DNA from: Clostridiales bacterium UBA7568
GTDB taxonomy: Bacteria > Bacillota > Clostridia > Oscillospirales > CAG-272
Assembly: GCA_002479075.1 (NCBI GenBank)
Contig: DLLG01000020.1
Span: forward strand, 746 to 64,745
Length of the DNA: 64,000 nt
Reading direction: 5' to 3'
Shown here: positions 55,721 through 64,000 of the stretch, one piece after another
How the letters are laid out: each line of letters opens with the position of its first letter
Position numbering within the stretch: the first letter of the stretch is position 1
The notes under the pieces: model-generated
Seen by the model: the letters and a program-made list of their open reading frames with translations, nothing else
Told to the model about the DNA's origin: nothing
Databases searched by the model: none
Made by a program: the position numbers and the translations under genes

Positions 55721-56887
55721 TCATCCAAAATAATTTCCGATATATGAAAACGTTCCGATCGTTTCCCCGCCGGAGATAAACACCCTCGGCACGCGGCAGT
55801 CAAGTCTGCAAACAATGTCATAATTTATCGTGCCGGCAACCGTCGCAACCTCGTCCGCGGTTATCGTCGTTCCGCCGTCCGAGCCGAAAATAACGGCTGT
55901 ATCGCCGACATCAACGTTTCTGGCATCCGTCACGTCAACCATCATCTGATCCATACAGACCCTGCCGACTATCGGCACTTTCCTGCCGGAAATGATAACG
56001 CTGCCCTTGCCGGAGAGCGAAAGCGGGATTCCGTCCGCATAGCCGATTGCAAGAGTTGCGATTTTCATCGGCTTTTCCGCTTTGAACGTATGTCCGTAGC
56101 TTATTTTTGTTCCCGCCGGCACGGTTTTCACCTGCGTCACCTTCGTTTTCAGAGACATAACCGGCAAAAGCGGAAGATTTTCCTTTTTAACCTCGTCCGA
56201 GGGGTACATTCCGTATATGACTATGCCGACCCGAACTGCTTCATAGCTGTCGGCGCAGTCTGTAAATGCGGCGGAATTATCGCAGGAGCGCAGCCCGATG
56301 TCGTAGCCGTCCGCGCGGAGCTTTTCGCAAAAGGCGTCAAACCTGTTCGCCTGCTCACGCAAAGAGGATTTATCGCTGCTGTCGGCACAGGCATAATGCG
56401 TGATAATGCCGATGAAATCAATGTTTTTCTCCGCATAAATCGCCTCTGCCTCGCATATTCCGCAGTTGTCCGAGGAAAGCCCAATCCTGCCCATACCCGT
56501 ATCAACGGCTACATATGCTCTCGCCCTTTTGCCCGCCTCTCCGGCAGCTACGGAAAGCGCTTTTGCTCCGTCAAGCGAGAAGGTAACCGTCGCAATATCG
56601 TTTTTTATTATCATCGGATACTGCGCCTGCGGCACGGGGCTCAGAATGAGGATTTCCTTCTCTATCCCCGCCTTGCGCAGCTCCATCGCCTCTTCAAAAG
56701 TTGCAACTGCGAATGCGTCCGCATATCCGCTTATCACAGGCGCGAGCTGCATCGCTCCGTGCCCGTATGCGTTGGCTTTTACAACAGCCATTATTTTTCT
56801 TTTTCCCGCGCGCTTTTTTATCTCGCGCAGATTATGTATCAGGGCGTCGATGTCAATCTCCGCCCAAGCCCTGAGAAACTCTGTCAA
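55721..56887 (-). CDS. alr: Alanine racemase
   Basis: PLP-Lys motif AVVKANAYGHG and C-terminal beta domain; 388 aa. Confidence 0.95.
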   Translation of the reverse strand: MTEFLRAWAEIDIDALIHNLREIKKRAGKRKIMAVVKANAYGHGAMQLAPVISGYADAFAVATFEEAMELRKAGIEKEILILSPVPQAQYPMIIKNDIATVTFSLDGAKALSVAAGEAGKRARAYVAVDTGMGRIGLSSDNCGICEAEAIYAEKNIDFIGIITHYACADSSDKSSLREQANRFDAFCEKLRADGYDIGLRSCDNSAAFTDCADSYEAVRVGIVIYGMYPSDEVKKENLPLLPVMSLKTKVTQVKTVPAGTKISYGHTFKAEKPMKIATLAIGYADGIPLSLSGKGSVIISGRKVPIVGRVCMDQMMVDVTDARNVDVGDTAVIFGSDGGTTITADEVATVAGTINYDIVCRLDCRVPRVFISGGETIGTFSYIGNYFG

Positions 56888-56930
56888 ACCCGATTCCTCT
56901 TTCGTTTTTTATGTATTATATGCTTTTCCG

Positions 56931-57584
56931 TTATTTATTGATATCAAGAAAGTCCGCAGGGGACGAAAGCATCGTCACGCCGTGCGCAAGCATAAAGCCC
57001 TCCGTTTCCGGTGTTTTGCTCTCTGACCAGCCGGCATAATAAAAATCGGCACCGGCGGCGATCGTCATATCATAGCCGGGTTTTAAGTCGTCTATAACGG
57101 CAATATCCTTCGGGGAGAGATTATATTTCTCCATTATCCTTTCAAGCGGATACGGCGAAGGCTTTCTGTATTTTTCTTCAAGCTCCCAGCCGAAAACCAT
57201 ATCCGGCGCGGGCAGGCCGTGATGAGAATAGTCGCGCAGAATCGTATCCGAAAACGAATGAGAAACAACGCAGAATATTCCGCCCTCTGCCTTCTGACGA
57301 CGGATTATCTCCTCAATCCCGTCATAAAAATCCGGAATATGAGTGCTTGTATATTCGCGCCAGATGTCAACCTCGATTTTCATTTCCTCCTCCGTGAAAT
57401 GATAAACATCATTACACATCGCAAGAAATCCGATGCCGAAATTATATCTGATAAAGTCCTCAAGAGAGAGCTTTTCGCCGGGGCGCAAAAGCTCAAGCGT
57501 TTTCAGAAATGCGGGATAATGTATTTCCGGGGTGCTTTTGACAGACGTATCGTCGTGATCAAGCACAAGCGCTTTATATTTCAT
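56931..57584 (-). CDS. HAD-superfamily hydrolase
   Basis: Motif I LDHDDT. ATG at 57584 lies 6 nt after AAGGAG; the ORF-track maximum start is 57647. Confidence 0.75.
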   Translation of the reverse strand: MKYKALVLDHDDTSVKSTPEIHYPAFLKTLELLRPGEKLSLEDFIRYNFGIGFLAMCNDVYHFTEEEMKIEVDIWREYTSTHIPDFYDGIEEIIRRQKAEGGIFCVVSHSFSDTILRDYSHHGLPAPDMVFGWELEEKYRKPSPYPLERIMEKYNLSPKDIAVIDDLKPGYDMTIAAGADFYYAGWSESKTPETEGFMLAHGVTMLSSPADFLDINK

Positions 57585-57730
57585 TCGCCACTCCTTGTTT
57601 TTTCGTTTTTGCCTTAAAATTTTATCATAAATCCGATTTAAATTCAATATATAGCGAGAAAATGCTTGAAAACAAAGGCGAAAAGGGTTAAAATATCTTT
57701 GTAAATATTTTTAACGGAGGTAATTTTTAT

Positions 57731-59419
57731 ATGAAATTTTCCCAAATGCCGTATACCCGCCCGAATACGGACGAGATCCGCTCCCGTTATGACGAGCTGA
57801 TCGCCCGCTTCAAAGCGGCAAACTCGGCAGACGAACAGATAGCGATAATCGCAGAGGAGGAGACGCTCCGCAGTCATTTTATGACGGAAGCAACCCTTGT
57901 TTCAATCCGAAATTCCGTCAATACAAAGGACGAGTTCTATGATAAGGAAAACGAATATATAGACGAGAATTCGCCTTTTATAAGCGAAAAAATTCAGGAA
58001 TTTGCAAACTCCCTGCTCGATTCAAAATTCCGCTCCGGACTTGAAGCGCATTACGGAAAACTGCTCTTCAAAAATTATGAGATCGCCGCTCGCTGCTTCG
58101 ACCCGAAGATCATCCCGCTTATGCAGGAGGAAAACAAGCTCGTTTCCGCTTATCAGAAGCTCTATGGCTCCGCTATAATCGATTTTGACGGCAAAAAGCT
58201 CCCGCTTCCGATGCTTGCGCCTTATAAAGAGGGCAAGGACAGAGACGTCCGTCGTGCCGCTTTCGAAGCCGAAGGCAGATTTTTTGACGAACACAGAGCC
58301 GAATTTGACGATCTCTTTGACAAGCTCATAAAAGTGCGCACGAAGATGGCGCACGAGCTGGGTTATAAGAGCTTTGTTGAGCTTGGTTATGACCGTCTCG
58401 GCAGAAACTGCTACGGACCCGCAGAGGTTGCAAAATTCAGAGAAGCAATCGCAAAGGACGCTGTTCCCGTTGTCAGCGAGGTAAAGGAGCTCCAGAGAAA
58501 GAGAATCGGCGTTGATACTCTTATGCTCTATGATAACGGCTTCACCTTCAGCGACGGAACCGCAATTCCGGAGGGTACGGCTGATGATATTCTCGCCGCA
58601 GGAAGAAAAATGTATCACGAGCTTTCCCCCGAAACAGCAGAGTTCATTGACTTTATGTATGACAACGAGCTTCTCGACGTTCTCTCAAAGGACGGCAAGG
58701 CTCCGGGCGGCTATTGCACCTTCATTCCGGATTACAAAGCTCCCTTCATCTTCTCAAACTTCAACGGCACGGCAGGCGACGTTGACGTTCTCACACACGA
58801 GGCGGGCCACGCCTTTCAGGCATACCGCGCCGCAAAGCTGGGCGTTATGTATGATCTTTCAAGCCCGACTATGGAGACCTGCGAATGCCATTCGATGAGT
58901 ATGGAATTTTTGACAAGCGATTATCACAACCTCTTCTTCGGCAAGAATACTGCAAAATACGAGCTCTCTCACGCCGAGGATGCTCTCTGCTTCATCCCTT
59001 ACGGTTGTATGGTTGACGAATTCCAGCACAGAATGTATGAAAACCCCGAGCTCACTCCGGAGCAGAGAAACGAGGTTTGGGCAAGTCTTGAAAAGAAATA
59101 CCGTCCTTATCTGCATCTTGAGGGTCTTCCGTTCTACGGCAGAGGCGCAGGCTGGCAAAGACAGCTCCATATCTATATGTATCCGCTTTATTACATTGAC
59201 TACTGTATGGCGCAGACGGTTGCTTTCCAGTTCTGGCTTGCATATATGGATAACAAGGCTGACGCCTGGAAGCGCTACGTTGAATTTACAGACAAAGCCG
59301 GCACAAAGACCTTTGAAGAGGTCGTTTCCGAGGCAGGACTCTTTGTTCCCTATGAAGAGGGCGGTATGAAGAAGATCTGCGAGAGAGTCGGCGAATGGAT
59401 AAAGACACATCAGATCTGA
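57731..59419 (+). CDS. pepF: M3B oligoendopeptidase (PepF-like)
   Basis: HEAGHAF zinc motif; 562 aa. Confidence 0.85.
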   Translation: MKFSQMPYTRPNTDEIRSRYDELIARFKAANSADEQIAIIAEEETLRSHFMTEATLVSIRNSVNTKDEFYDKENEYIDENSPFISEKIQEFANSLLDSKFRSGLEAHYGKLLFKNYEIAARCFDPKIIPLMQEENKLVSAYQKLYGSAIIDFDGKKLPLPMLAPYKEGKDRDVRRAAFEAEGRFFDEHRAEFDDLFDKLIKVRTKMAHELGYKSFVELGYDRLGRNCYGPAEVAKFREAIAKDAVPVVSEVKELQRKRIGVDTLMLYDNGFTFSDGTAIPEGTADDILAAGRKMYHELSPETAEFIDFMYDNELLDVLSKDGKAPGGYCTFIPDYKAPFIFSNFNGTAGDVDVLTHEAGHAFQAYRAAKLGVMYDLSSPTMETCECHSMSMEFLTSDYHNLFFGKNTAKYELSHAEDALCFIPYGCMVDEFQHRMYENPELTPEQRNEVWASLEKKYRPYLHLEGLPFYGRGAGWQRQLHIYMYPLYYIDYCMAQTVAFQFWLAYMDNKADAWKRYVEFTDKAGTKTFEEVVSEAGLFVPYEEGGMKKICERVGEWIKTHQI

Positions 59420-59527
59420 AATAACGTTTTTATTTGCCCAAGCGGGGTTACCGCTTGGGCAAACTATTGACAAACCGTTTCCTTATTGATAGAATGAATA
59501 TATAAATCTTTTCGAAAGGTGCTCTTT

Positions 59528-60046
59528 ATGAATAATCAACCCTCTGTTTCTCCCCGCAAAGCTCTTGAAAACCGTTACAACAGCGTAAGATATGACATCC
59601 TGCTCATCTTTATCTTCACGGTCATCAACATTCTGCTGCCGCTTCTGACCGATTCCAATACGTTTTTCCTCTTCTCCGCAGAGGTGCCGTATTATACTTT
59701 CGCAATCGGATGGGCAATGGTTGAAGGAGAGATGCTCTCTTCAATTGTTTATCCCCTTGTTTTGGCGCTTTTGATTACGGTTCCCTATCTGCTTTTCTGG
59801 ATATTTTCAAAAAAACGATACGGCTGGATGATTGCGGCGCTTGTGTATTTCTCCATTGACTGTCTGTTCCTTGGGGCTGCGTCGTTCTCTCTCGAATATC
59901 TCGCGGAAATAATATTCCATCTTGTCGCCCTCGGGTTGCTTATTTACGGCGTTGTCCTCGGCGCAAAGCTCAAAAAAATGCCGGCGGACGAACCTCTTGC
60001 GGAAGCTCCCGCAACGGAAGAAATCCCCTCCGAGGAAGAGCAATAA
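59528..60046 (+). CDS. Membrane protein of unknown function (4-5 TM, acidic C-terminal tail)
   Basis: ATG 7 nt after AAAGGTG, hydrophobic segments throughout. TTGACA-17-TAGAAT promoter at 59467-59495. Confidence 0.6.
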   Translation: MNNQPSVSPRKALENRYNSVRYDILLIFIFTVINILLPLLTDSNTFFLFSAEVPYYTFAIGWAMVEGEMLSSIVYPLVLALLITVPYLLFWIFSKKRYGWMIAALVYFSIDCLFLGAASFSLEYLAEIIFHLVALGLLIYGVVLGAKLKKMPADEPLAEAPATEEIPSEEEQ

Positions 60047-60140
60047 TACATAAAAACAGCCTTCCCCGCCGGGAGATGGCTATTACAAAAATTATTTTTA
60101 TCTGTTTTTGAGACGAAACATACTTTTTCTGCAAACCGAG

Positions 60141-60165
60141 CCACCCGCCCTGCGGGTGGTTTTTT
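60141..60165 (+). terminator. Intrinsic terminator
   Basis: ccacccgc cct gcgggtgg plus TTTTTT. Confidence 0.75.
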
Positions 60166-60351
60166 GATGCGCAAAAGCTGCTCCTCTACGATGATGCTCT
60201 GCCTTCGCCCCGCAGCCCTTGCCGCGGCGGATATAAATCCCTCTGCAAACTCTTTTCTTCCGCACAAAAAAGAAGCGGCGGCTGACATTCTTTGTCAAAC
60301 CGCCGTTTCTTTATTTTAAGGAGAACAAATGAAGAAGTTAGCTTAAATTAT

Positions 60352-61788
60352 TTATGAGGGATCAAACTCGACAAAGGTAACGTCAAGACTGAGTTCCTCG
60401 CAGGAACGCAGATAAGATTCATACGTCATTCGCTTCTGGGATTCCTCCGTCGGGCGGAGAACCTTGACCTTTACCGTATCCCCGACTTTATATCTCGTCA
60501 GCAGCTCGGTAAGCGTTGAAAAGTCGCCGCAGTCTGTATCGCCGAGAGAAATTATCAGATCTCCCGCCTGTATTCCCGCAAGAGCGGCTGTTCCGCCCTC
60601 TTTGACGCTGTCAACACGGATAACTCCCGTTGCTCTTATTCTGCCGATGTCGATATAGTTATAAACGTTTACCCCAAGGCGTGCAACGCCTGTAAGATAG
60701 CCGTATTTCGAAAAATCATTTATACATTTGATGACCTTTTCGCTCGGGATTGCATATCCCATAGCCTCAACGCTCGTTCCGCCGACCTTTGCGTTTGTAA
60801 TACCGATCAGCTCGCCCTTCATATTGAAAAGTCCGCCGCCGGAGTTACCGGAGTTTATTGCCGCCGTTGTCTGCATAAGAATCATCGTTGTGTTTTCAAT
60901 CGTAACCGTTCTGGAAAGAGCGCTTATGATACCGTCCGAAAGAGTTATGCCGTAACCGAGGGGATTGCCTATCGCAAGCACCTGCTCGCCAAGCTTGAGT
61001 GCCGTTGAGTCACCGATCTTTGCGGCAGAGCAATCGTTTTTGTCTATCTTGATGACAGAAACATCTGCGCTTTCGTCGCCGCATACATATTTGCCTTCAT
61101 ACTTTGTGCCGTCATAGAGAATAACGGTTATCGTTTCGGTATTCTTGCCAACGACGTGATAGTTTGTGATTATATAGCCGTCCGTTGTATAAATAACGCC
61201 TGACCCGCTGCCGGAAGATCTCTGTGTTCCGAGCATCGTTTCAACAGTCTCTGTTACATTGATCTGAACAACAGAGTTTATACATTTTTCCGCAACCTCT
61301 GCGTAATCCGCAAGTAAAACGCCATCCGTTGTTTTGGTTGCAAGCGGAATGTCCTTTGCGTTTACGCCGCTTGTCGGAATGATAACATCCGAAGGCGACG
61401 TTGTCGTTTCACCGGAAGAAGTTGTTGCTGCGGCAGGAGCGGTCGTTGTTCCGGCGGGCAGATCTGTTGTTGTTTCGCCCTTATTGCTGCGGACAATACC
61501 CGTTATCGCGTTTGCGCATATACCGCAAACAATAGATACCACAAGGCAAAGCGCAACTATCCAGCCGACAGCCTTCTTTGACATATATGAGTCCTTCGGT
61601 TTTTTATCATCGGAGGGCTTTTTTCCGTAATTATTGTAATCATAATATTGAGGTCTGTTCGAATAATGATCCTCTCCGTGACCGCCATCCGATGTTTCTC
61701 CGGACTTATCTTCGTTTGTTATGCTTTCCGTATGCTCGTCTTTGCCCGATTCGTCATCAACGGGTCTCTTTTCATCATCGTAAATCAT
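60352..61788 (-). CDS. htrA: HtrA/DegP-family serine protease with PDZ domain and long disordered N-terminus
   Basis: TNYHVV (His), GNSGGGLFN (Ser), one TM segment and a C-terminal PDZ domain. Confidence 0.9.
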   Translation of the reverse strand: MIYDDEKRPVDDESGKDEHTESITNEDKSGETSDGGHGEDHYSNRPQYYDYNNYGKKPSDDKKPKDSYMSKKAVGWIVALCLVVSIVCGICANAITGIVRSNKGETTTDLPAGTTTAPAAATTSSGETTTSPSDVIIPTSGVNAKDIPLATKTTDGVLLADYAEVAEKCINSVVQINVTETVETMLGTQRSSGSGSGVIYTTDGYIITNYHVVGKNTETITVILYDGTKYEGKYVCGDESADVSVIKIDKNDCSAAKIGDSTALKLGEQVLAIGNPLGYGITLSDGIISALSRTVTIENTTMILMQTTAAINSGNSGGGLFNMKGELIGITNAKVGGTSVEAMGYAIPSEKVIKCINDFSKYGYLTGVARLGVNVYNYIDIGRIRATGVIRVDSVKEGGTAALAGIQAGDLIISLGDTDCGDFSTLTELLTRYKVGDTVKVKVLRPTEESQKRMTYESYLRSCEELSLDVTFVEFDPS

Positions 61789-61970
61789 TTTTATTCCCCC
61801 TTCGGAAAAAATACGACTTCCTTTTTTCTTTCTGGTTAAATTCTAACTCAAAAATGTGTCAAAGGATTGAACGTTTTTTATCTCTTGCGTAAATAAGTTT
61901 ATAGTTTTTATTGAATTTTAGTGTAGGACTGTATATAATAGGACATAAGAAAACTTTTCAGGAGCGTTTT

Positions 61971-62531
61971 ATGGAAAAGGATATGCTCTCCGTTTTTACA
62001 AAAATCCCAACGCTTGAAACAGATCGGCTGATTCTGCGCCGGATGAAGCCTTCGGATGCAGAGGATATGTTTGAATATGCCTCCCGTCCCGAAGTATCCG
62101 AATATCTTTTATGGCTACCGCACACAACACAGCGCTTCACAAAAAATTATCTGCATTTTTTGCAGAGTCAATACATCACAAAAAATTTCTATGACTGGGC
62201 TGTCACAATAAAGTCTACGGGAAAAATGATCGGCACCTGCGGCTTTACCTCATTTGATCTTACAAACAATTCCGCCGAGGTCGGTTATGTCCTCAGCAGC
62301 AGCTATTGGGGTCTCGGCATTGCTCCGGAAGCTCTGAAAAAAGTGATCGATTTCGGTTTCCGCGAGCTCCGGCTCCATCGCATTTGCGCCCGCATTATGG
62401 ATGGCAACGTTCGCAGCGAAGCCGTTGCAAAAAAGTGCGGGCTGTCCCTTGAAGCAACTATGCGCGATCTGCTCTTCGTCAAGGGCAAATACCGAACCAT
62501 CAAAATTTATTCCGTCCTCGAAACCGACTGA
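61971..62531 (+). CDS. GNAT N-acetyltransferase (RimJ/RimL-like)
   Basis: ETDRLILRRM start pattern and GLGIAPEA acetyl-CoA motif. ATG 7 nt after AGGAG. Confidence 0.85.
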   Translation: MEKDMLSVFTKIPTLETDRLILRRMKPSDAEDMFEYASRPEVSEYLLWLPHTTQRFTKNYLHFLQSQYITKNFYDWAVTIKSTGKMIGTCGFTSFDLTNNSAEVGYVLSSSYWGLGIAPEALKKVIDFGFRELRLHRICARIMDGNVRSEAVAKKCGLSLEATMRDLLFVKGKYRTIKIYSVLETD

Positions 62532-62601
62532 CTTTTCTTTGGAAAAGAAAAGTCAGCAAAAGAAACTTCAATTATTGTTTTGAACAGACTTTATAAAAAG
62601 C

Positions 62602-62631
62602 AAACAGAGATGACTTCTCATCTCTGTTTTT
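62602..62631 (+). terminator. Intrinsic terminator after the GNAT gene
   Basis: 12-bp stem aaacagagatga/tcatctctgttt plus TTT. Confidence 0.8.
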
Positions 62632-62669
62632 ATTATTACCAGCTGTCCCCGTACCACGGGCTTTTTTGT

Positions 62670-62698
62670 TTGCCTTCGTAATTTATCTATGCTATAAT
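62670..62698 (+). promoter_or_regulatory. Promoter of the sigma-fusion gene
   Basis: TTGCCT, 17 nt, TGcTATAAT. Confidence 0.45.
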
Positions 62699-62780
62699 TA
62701 TAATGAATTTTTTGAACCTTTTGATACATAAAAGCAGCTTAATAATCGAAACCGGTTTTATAAATATGAAAGGAGGACAT

Positions 62781-64000
62781 ATGAAGCAGAAATCAGATTT
62801 TGAAGCATTGCTTGAACAACATCGGATTGCCGTTGAACGGTATATCAATTTCAGACTGATCGATCGTTTTGACGCCGATGATGTCATCGGCGAAACTTAT
62901 TATGCCGCCTACGTCGGCTATGAAACCTTGCGCGACAAAGCTCTTTTCAAGCAATGGATACTATCTATTGCAAAAAATCAGTGTAATCTCTGGCTTCGCA
63001 AAAAATACAGAAGCAATCCGATAACGCTCGACTCCGTTTCGGACGTACCCGATACCGAAGCGACAGAGGATTATGGTGCTTTAAGTATATTAAATCAATT
63101 GCCGAAGGACTATTCCGATTTATTACTACTTACAATGCAGGGATACAGGCAAAGTGAAATATCGGCTCGCCTGTCAATTCCGATAGGCACCGTTAAAAGT
63201 CGTCTGTATTATGCAAAAAAGCGATTCCGCTCAATGTGTACTCCAGATCAGCTCTATATTTTTGAGAAAGGAAGAAAAGCTATGCAAAGAAAAGACCATA
63301 CTCACGGTTTCCCATACGAAATGCCTGCTCTCTCAATACAAAAATCCTCTGCGCCGTTTTTCAATGTAAAATGTGAGGAGCAATGGTTTATCATCCCCCG
63401 CATCGGCAACGAATGTGCGGAAGCAACATACCGTTATCCCGATAAAAAACTGGTCATAGTATCGAATTGCTACGTCCCAAAAAGCTGTCAGGTACACGAT
63501 GTACACGGAGTTAAAATTTGTCGCGACACATACCTTGTCAGACATAAAAAACTGAATCGGAACGAAAAAATATGGTTTACTCAGTTGACCGACGAATATA
63601 TACGCAATCTCGGTACAATTTTTGATGATGAAGGCTGTGAGGGGCCTACACAGATAACAACATTTCTTGAAGAAAGCTATGATGTTCTTGTCAACGGAAA
63701 TGACCGTGTTCACGGAATACCGGTTTTGATACAAGAAAACGCTGCGGAAGAGACGGAAAACGGATATATCATTAAAGAGGAAAACCTCCGTTACACTCTC
63801 GGCGTGTGGAATGTTACAGTCGGAAATCGCTCGTTTGAAACAATCAAGTGTATAATGCTCTGGTATGATTCGTGCGAAGAAACCTATATTGACAAAAACG
63901 GGCGTGTAGTCTTGTTGCGCCAACATGAGTGGATCGGAAGTATCGACTCAAACGATTACTATTCTTCAAGCGATAAAGCCACCATCAAAGAGAACACCAT
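62781..64000 (+). CDS. ECF-type sigma-70 factor fused in frame to a C-terminal domain of more than 240 aa and unknown function (partial; runs off the right edge)
   Basis: ATG 4 nt after AAGGAGGA. My hand translation found no stop codon to position 64000. Region 2: DADDVIGETYY...FKQWILSIAKNQCNLWLRKK. Region 4: LPKDYSDLLLLTMQGYRQSEISARLSIPIGTVKSRLYYAKKRF. Absent from the ORF track, presumably because it is open-ended. Confidence 0.75.
   Translation, partial: MKQKSDFEALLEQHRIAVERYINFRLIDRFDADDVIGETYYAAYVGYETLRDKALFKQWILSIAKNQCNLWLRKKYRSNPITLDSVSDVPDTEATEDYGALSILNQLPKDYSDLLLLTMQGYRQSEISARLSIPIGTVKSRLYYAKKRFRSMCTPDQLYIFEKGRKAMQRKDHTHGFPYEMPALSIQKSSAPFFNVKCEEQWFIIPRIGNECAEATYRYPDKKLVIVSNCYVPKSCQVHDVHGVKICRDTYLVRHKKLNRNEKIWFTQLTDEYIRNLGTIFDDEGCEGPTQITTFLEESYDVLVNGNDRVHGIPVLIQENAAEETENGYIIKEENLRYTLGVWNVTVGNRSFETIKCIMLWYDSCEETYIDKNGRVVLLRQHEWIGSIDSNDYYSSSDKATIKENT

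Noticed and set aside
59433-59462. Strong 12-bp hairpin (ttgcccaagcgg...ccgcttgggcaa) after pepF, considered as an intrinsic terminator.
   Set aside because: It is followed by AAACTATT rather than a U-run on the pepF strand, while a T-run precedes it. This orientation would suit a reverse-strand gene that does not exist here. It may still act as a weak or factor-dependent terminator or as an RNA-stability element, so I did not list it as a feature.
63333-63926. 197-aa reverse-strand ORF near the right edge.
   Set aside because: It is antisense to the longer open reading frame that begins with a recognisable ECF sigma domain and a strong SD. Its translation is Phe/Ile/Tyr-rich, as expected from an AT-rich antisense frame.
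1-64000. Search for tRNA, rRNA, CRISPR arrays, transposase/integrase genes and known multi-gene defence systems.
   Set aside because: None was recognised by eye in any intergenic region or ORF translation. tRNAscan-SE, Infernal, and DefenseFinder or PADLOC would be needed to exclude them formally.

Overview
Gene-dense 64-kb chromosomal window from a Firmicutes/Clostridia-type genome. Hand counts on sample 60-nt lines in core genes give about 50-55 % G+C. Thr-rich lipoprotein linkers and a GH94-like phosphorylase suggest a Ruminococcaceae/Oscillospiraceae-like organism.

Most of the window is conserved housekeeping:
- tig-clpP-clpX
- secA, followed by two unknown membrane proteins, then lepB-rbgA-rnhB-yraN
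- aspartate kinase and murA
- a WalRK-like two-component operon with YycH/YycI-like genes
- radC-uvrB-uvrA, ftsH, alr, pepF and htrA
- three ABC exporter genes and two M23 peptidases

I found no rRNA, tRNA, CRISPR array, transposase or integrase, and no clear multi-gene defence island.

The unusual parts are small or uncharacterised:
1. An unannotated type I toxin-antitoxin-like locus between uvrA and ftsH: a 31-aa hydrophobic peptide flanked by convergent consensus promoters that share one terminator.
2. A 22-codon leader ORF plus terminator hairpin upstream of an asymmetric heterodimeric ABC exporter, resembling bmrB-bmrCD.
3. At least three tandem, individually promoted Thr-rich lipoprotein paralogues of unknown function.
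4. Two paralogous polytopic membrane proteins translationally coupled to lepB, downstream of secA.
5. An orphan XhlA-like/LL-H-holin-like pair with no lysin.
6. An FeS/flavoprotein/3-TM operon divergent from an orphan oadB-oadG pair.
7. An AT-richer XRE-plus-membrane-protein cassette with operator-like repeats.
8. An EF-G paralogue lacking the catalytic His.
9. At the right edge, an ECF sigma factor fused in frame to a C-terminal domain of more than 240 aa with no predicted TM segment, in an AT-rich segment.

Many long ORFs in the supplied track are antisense shadows of real genes and were rejected.
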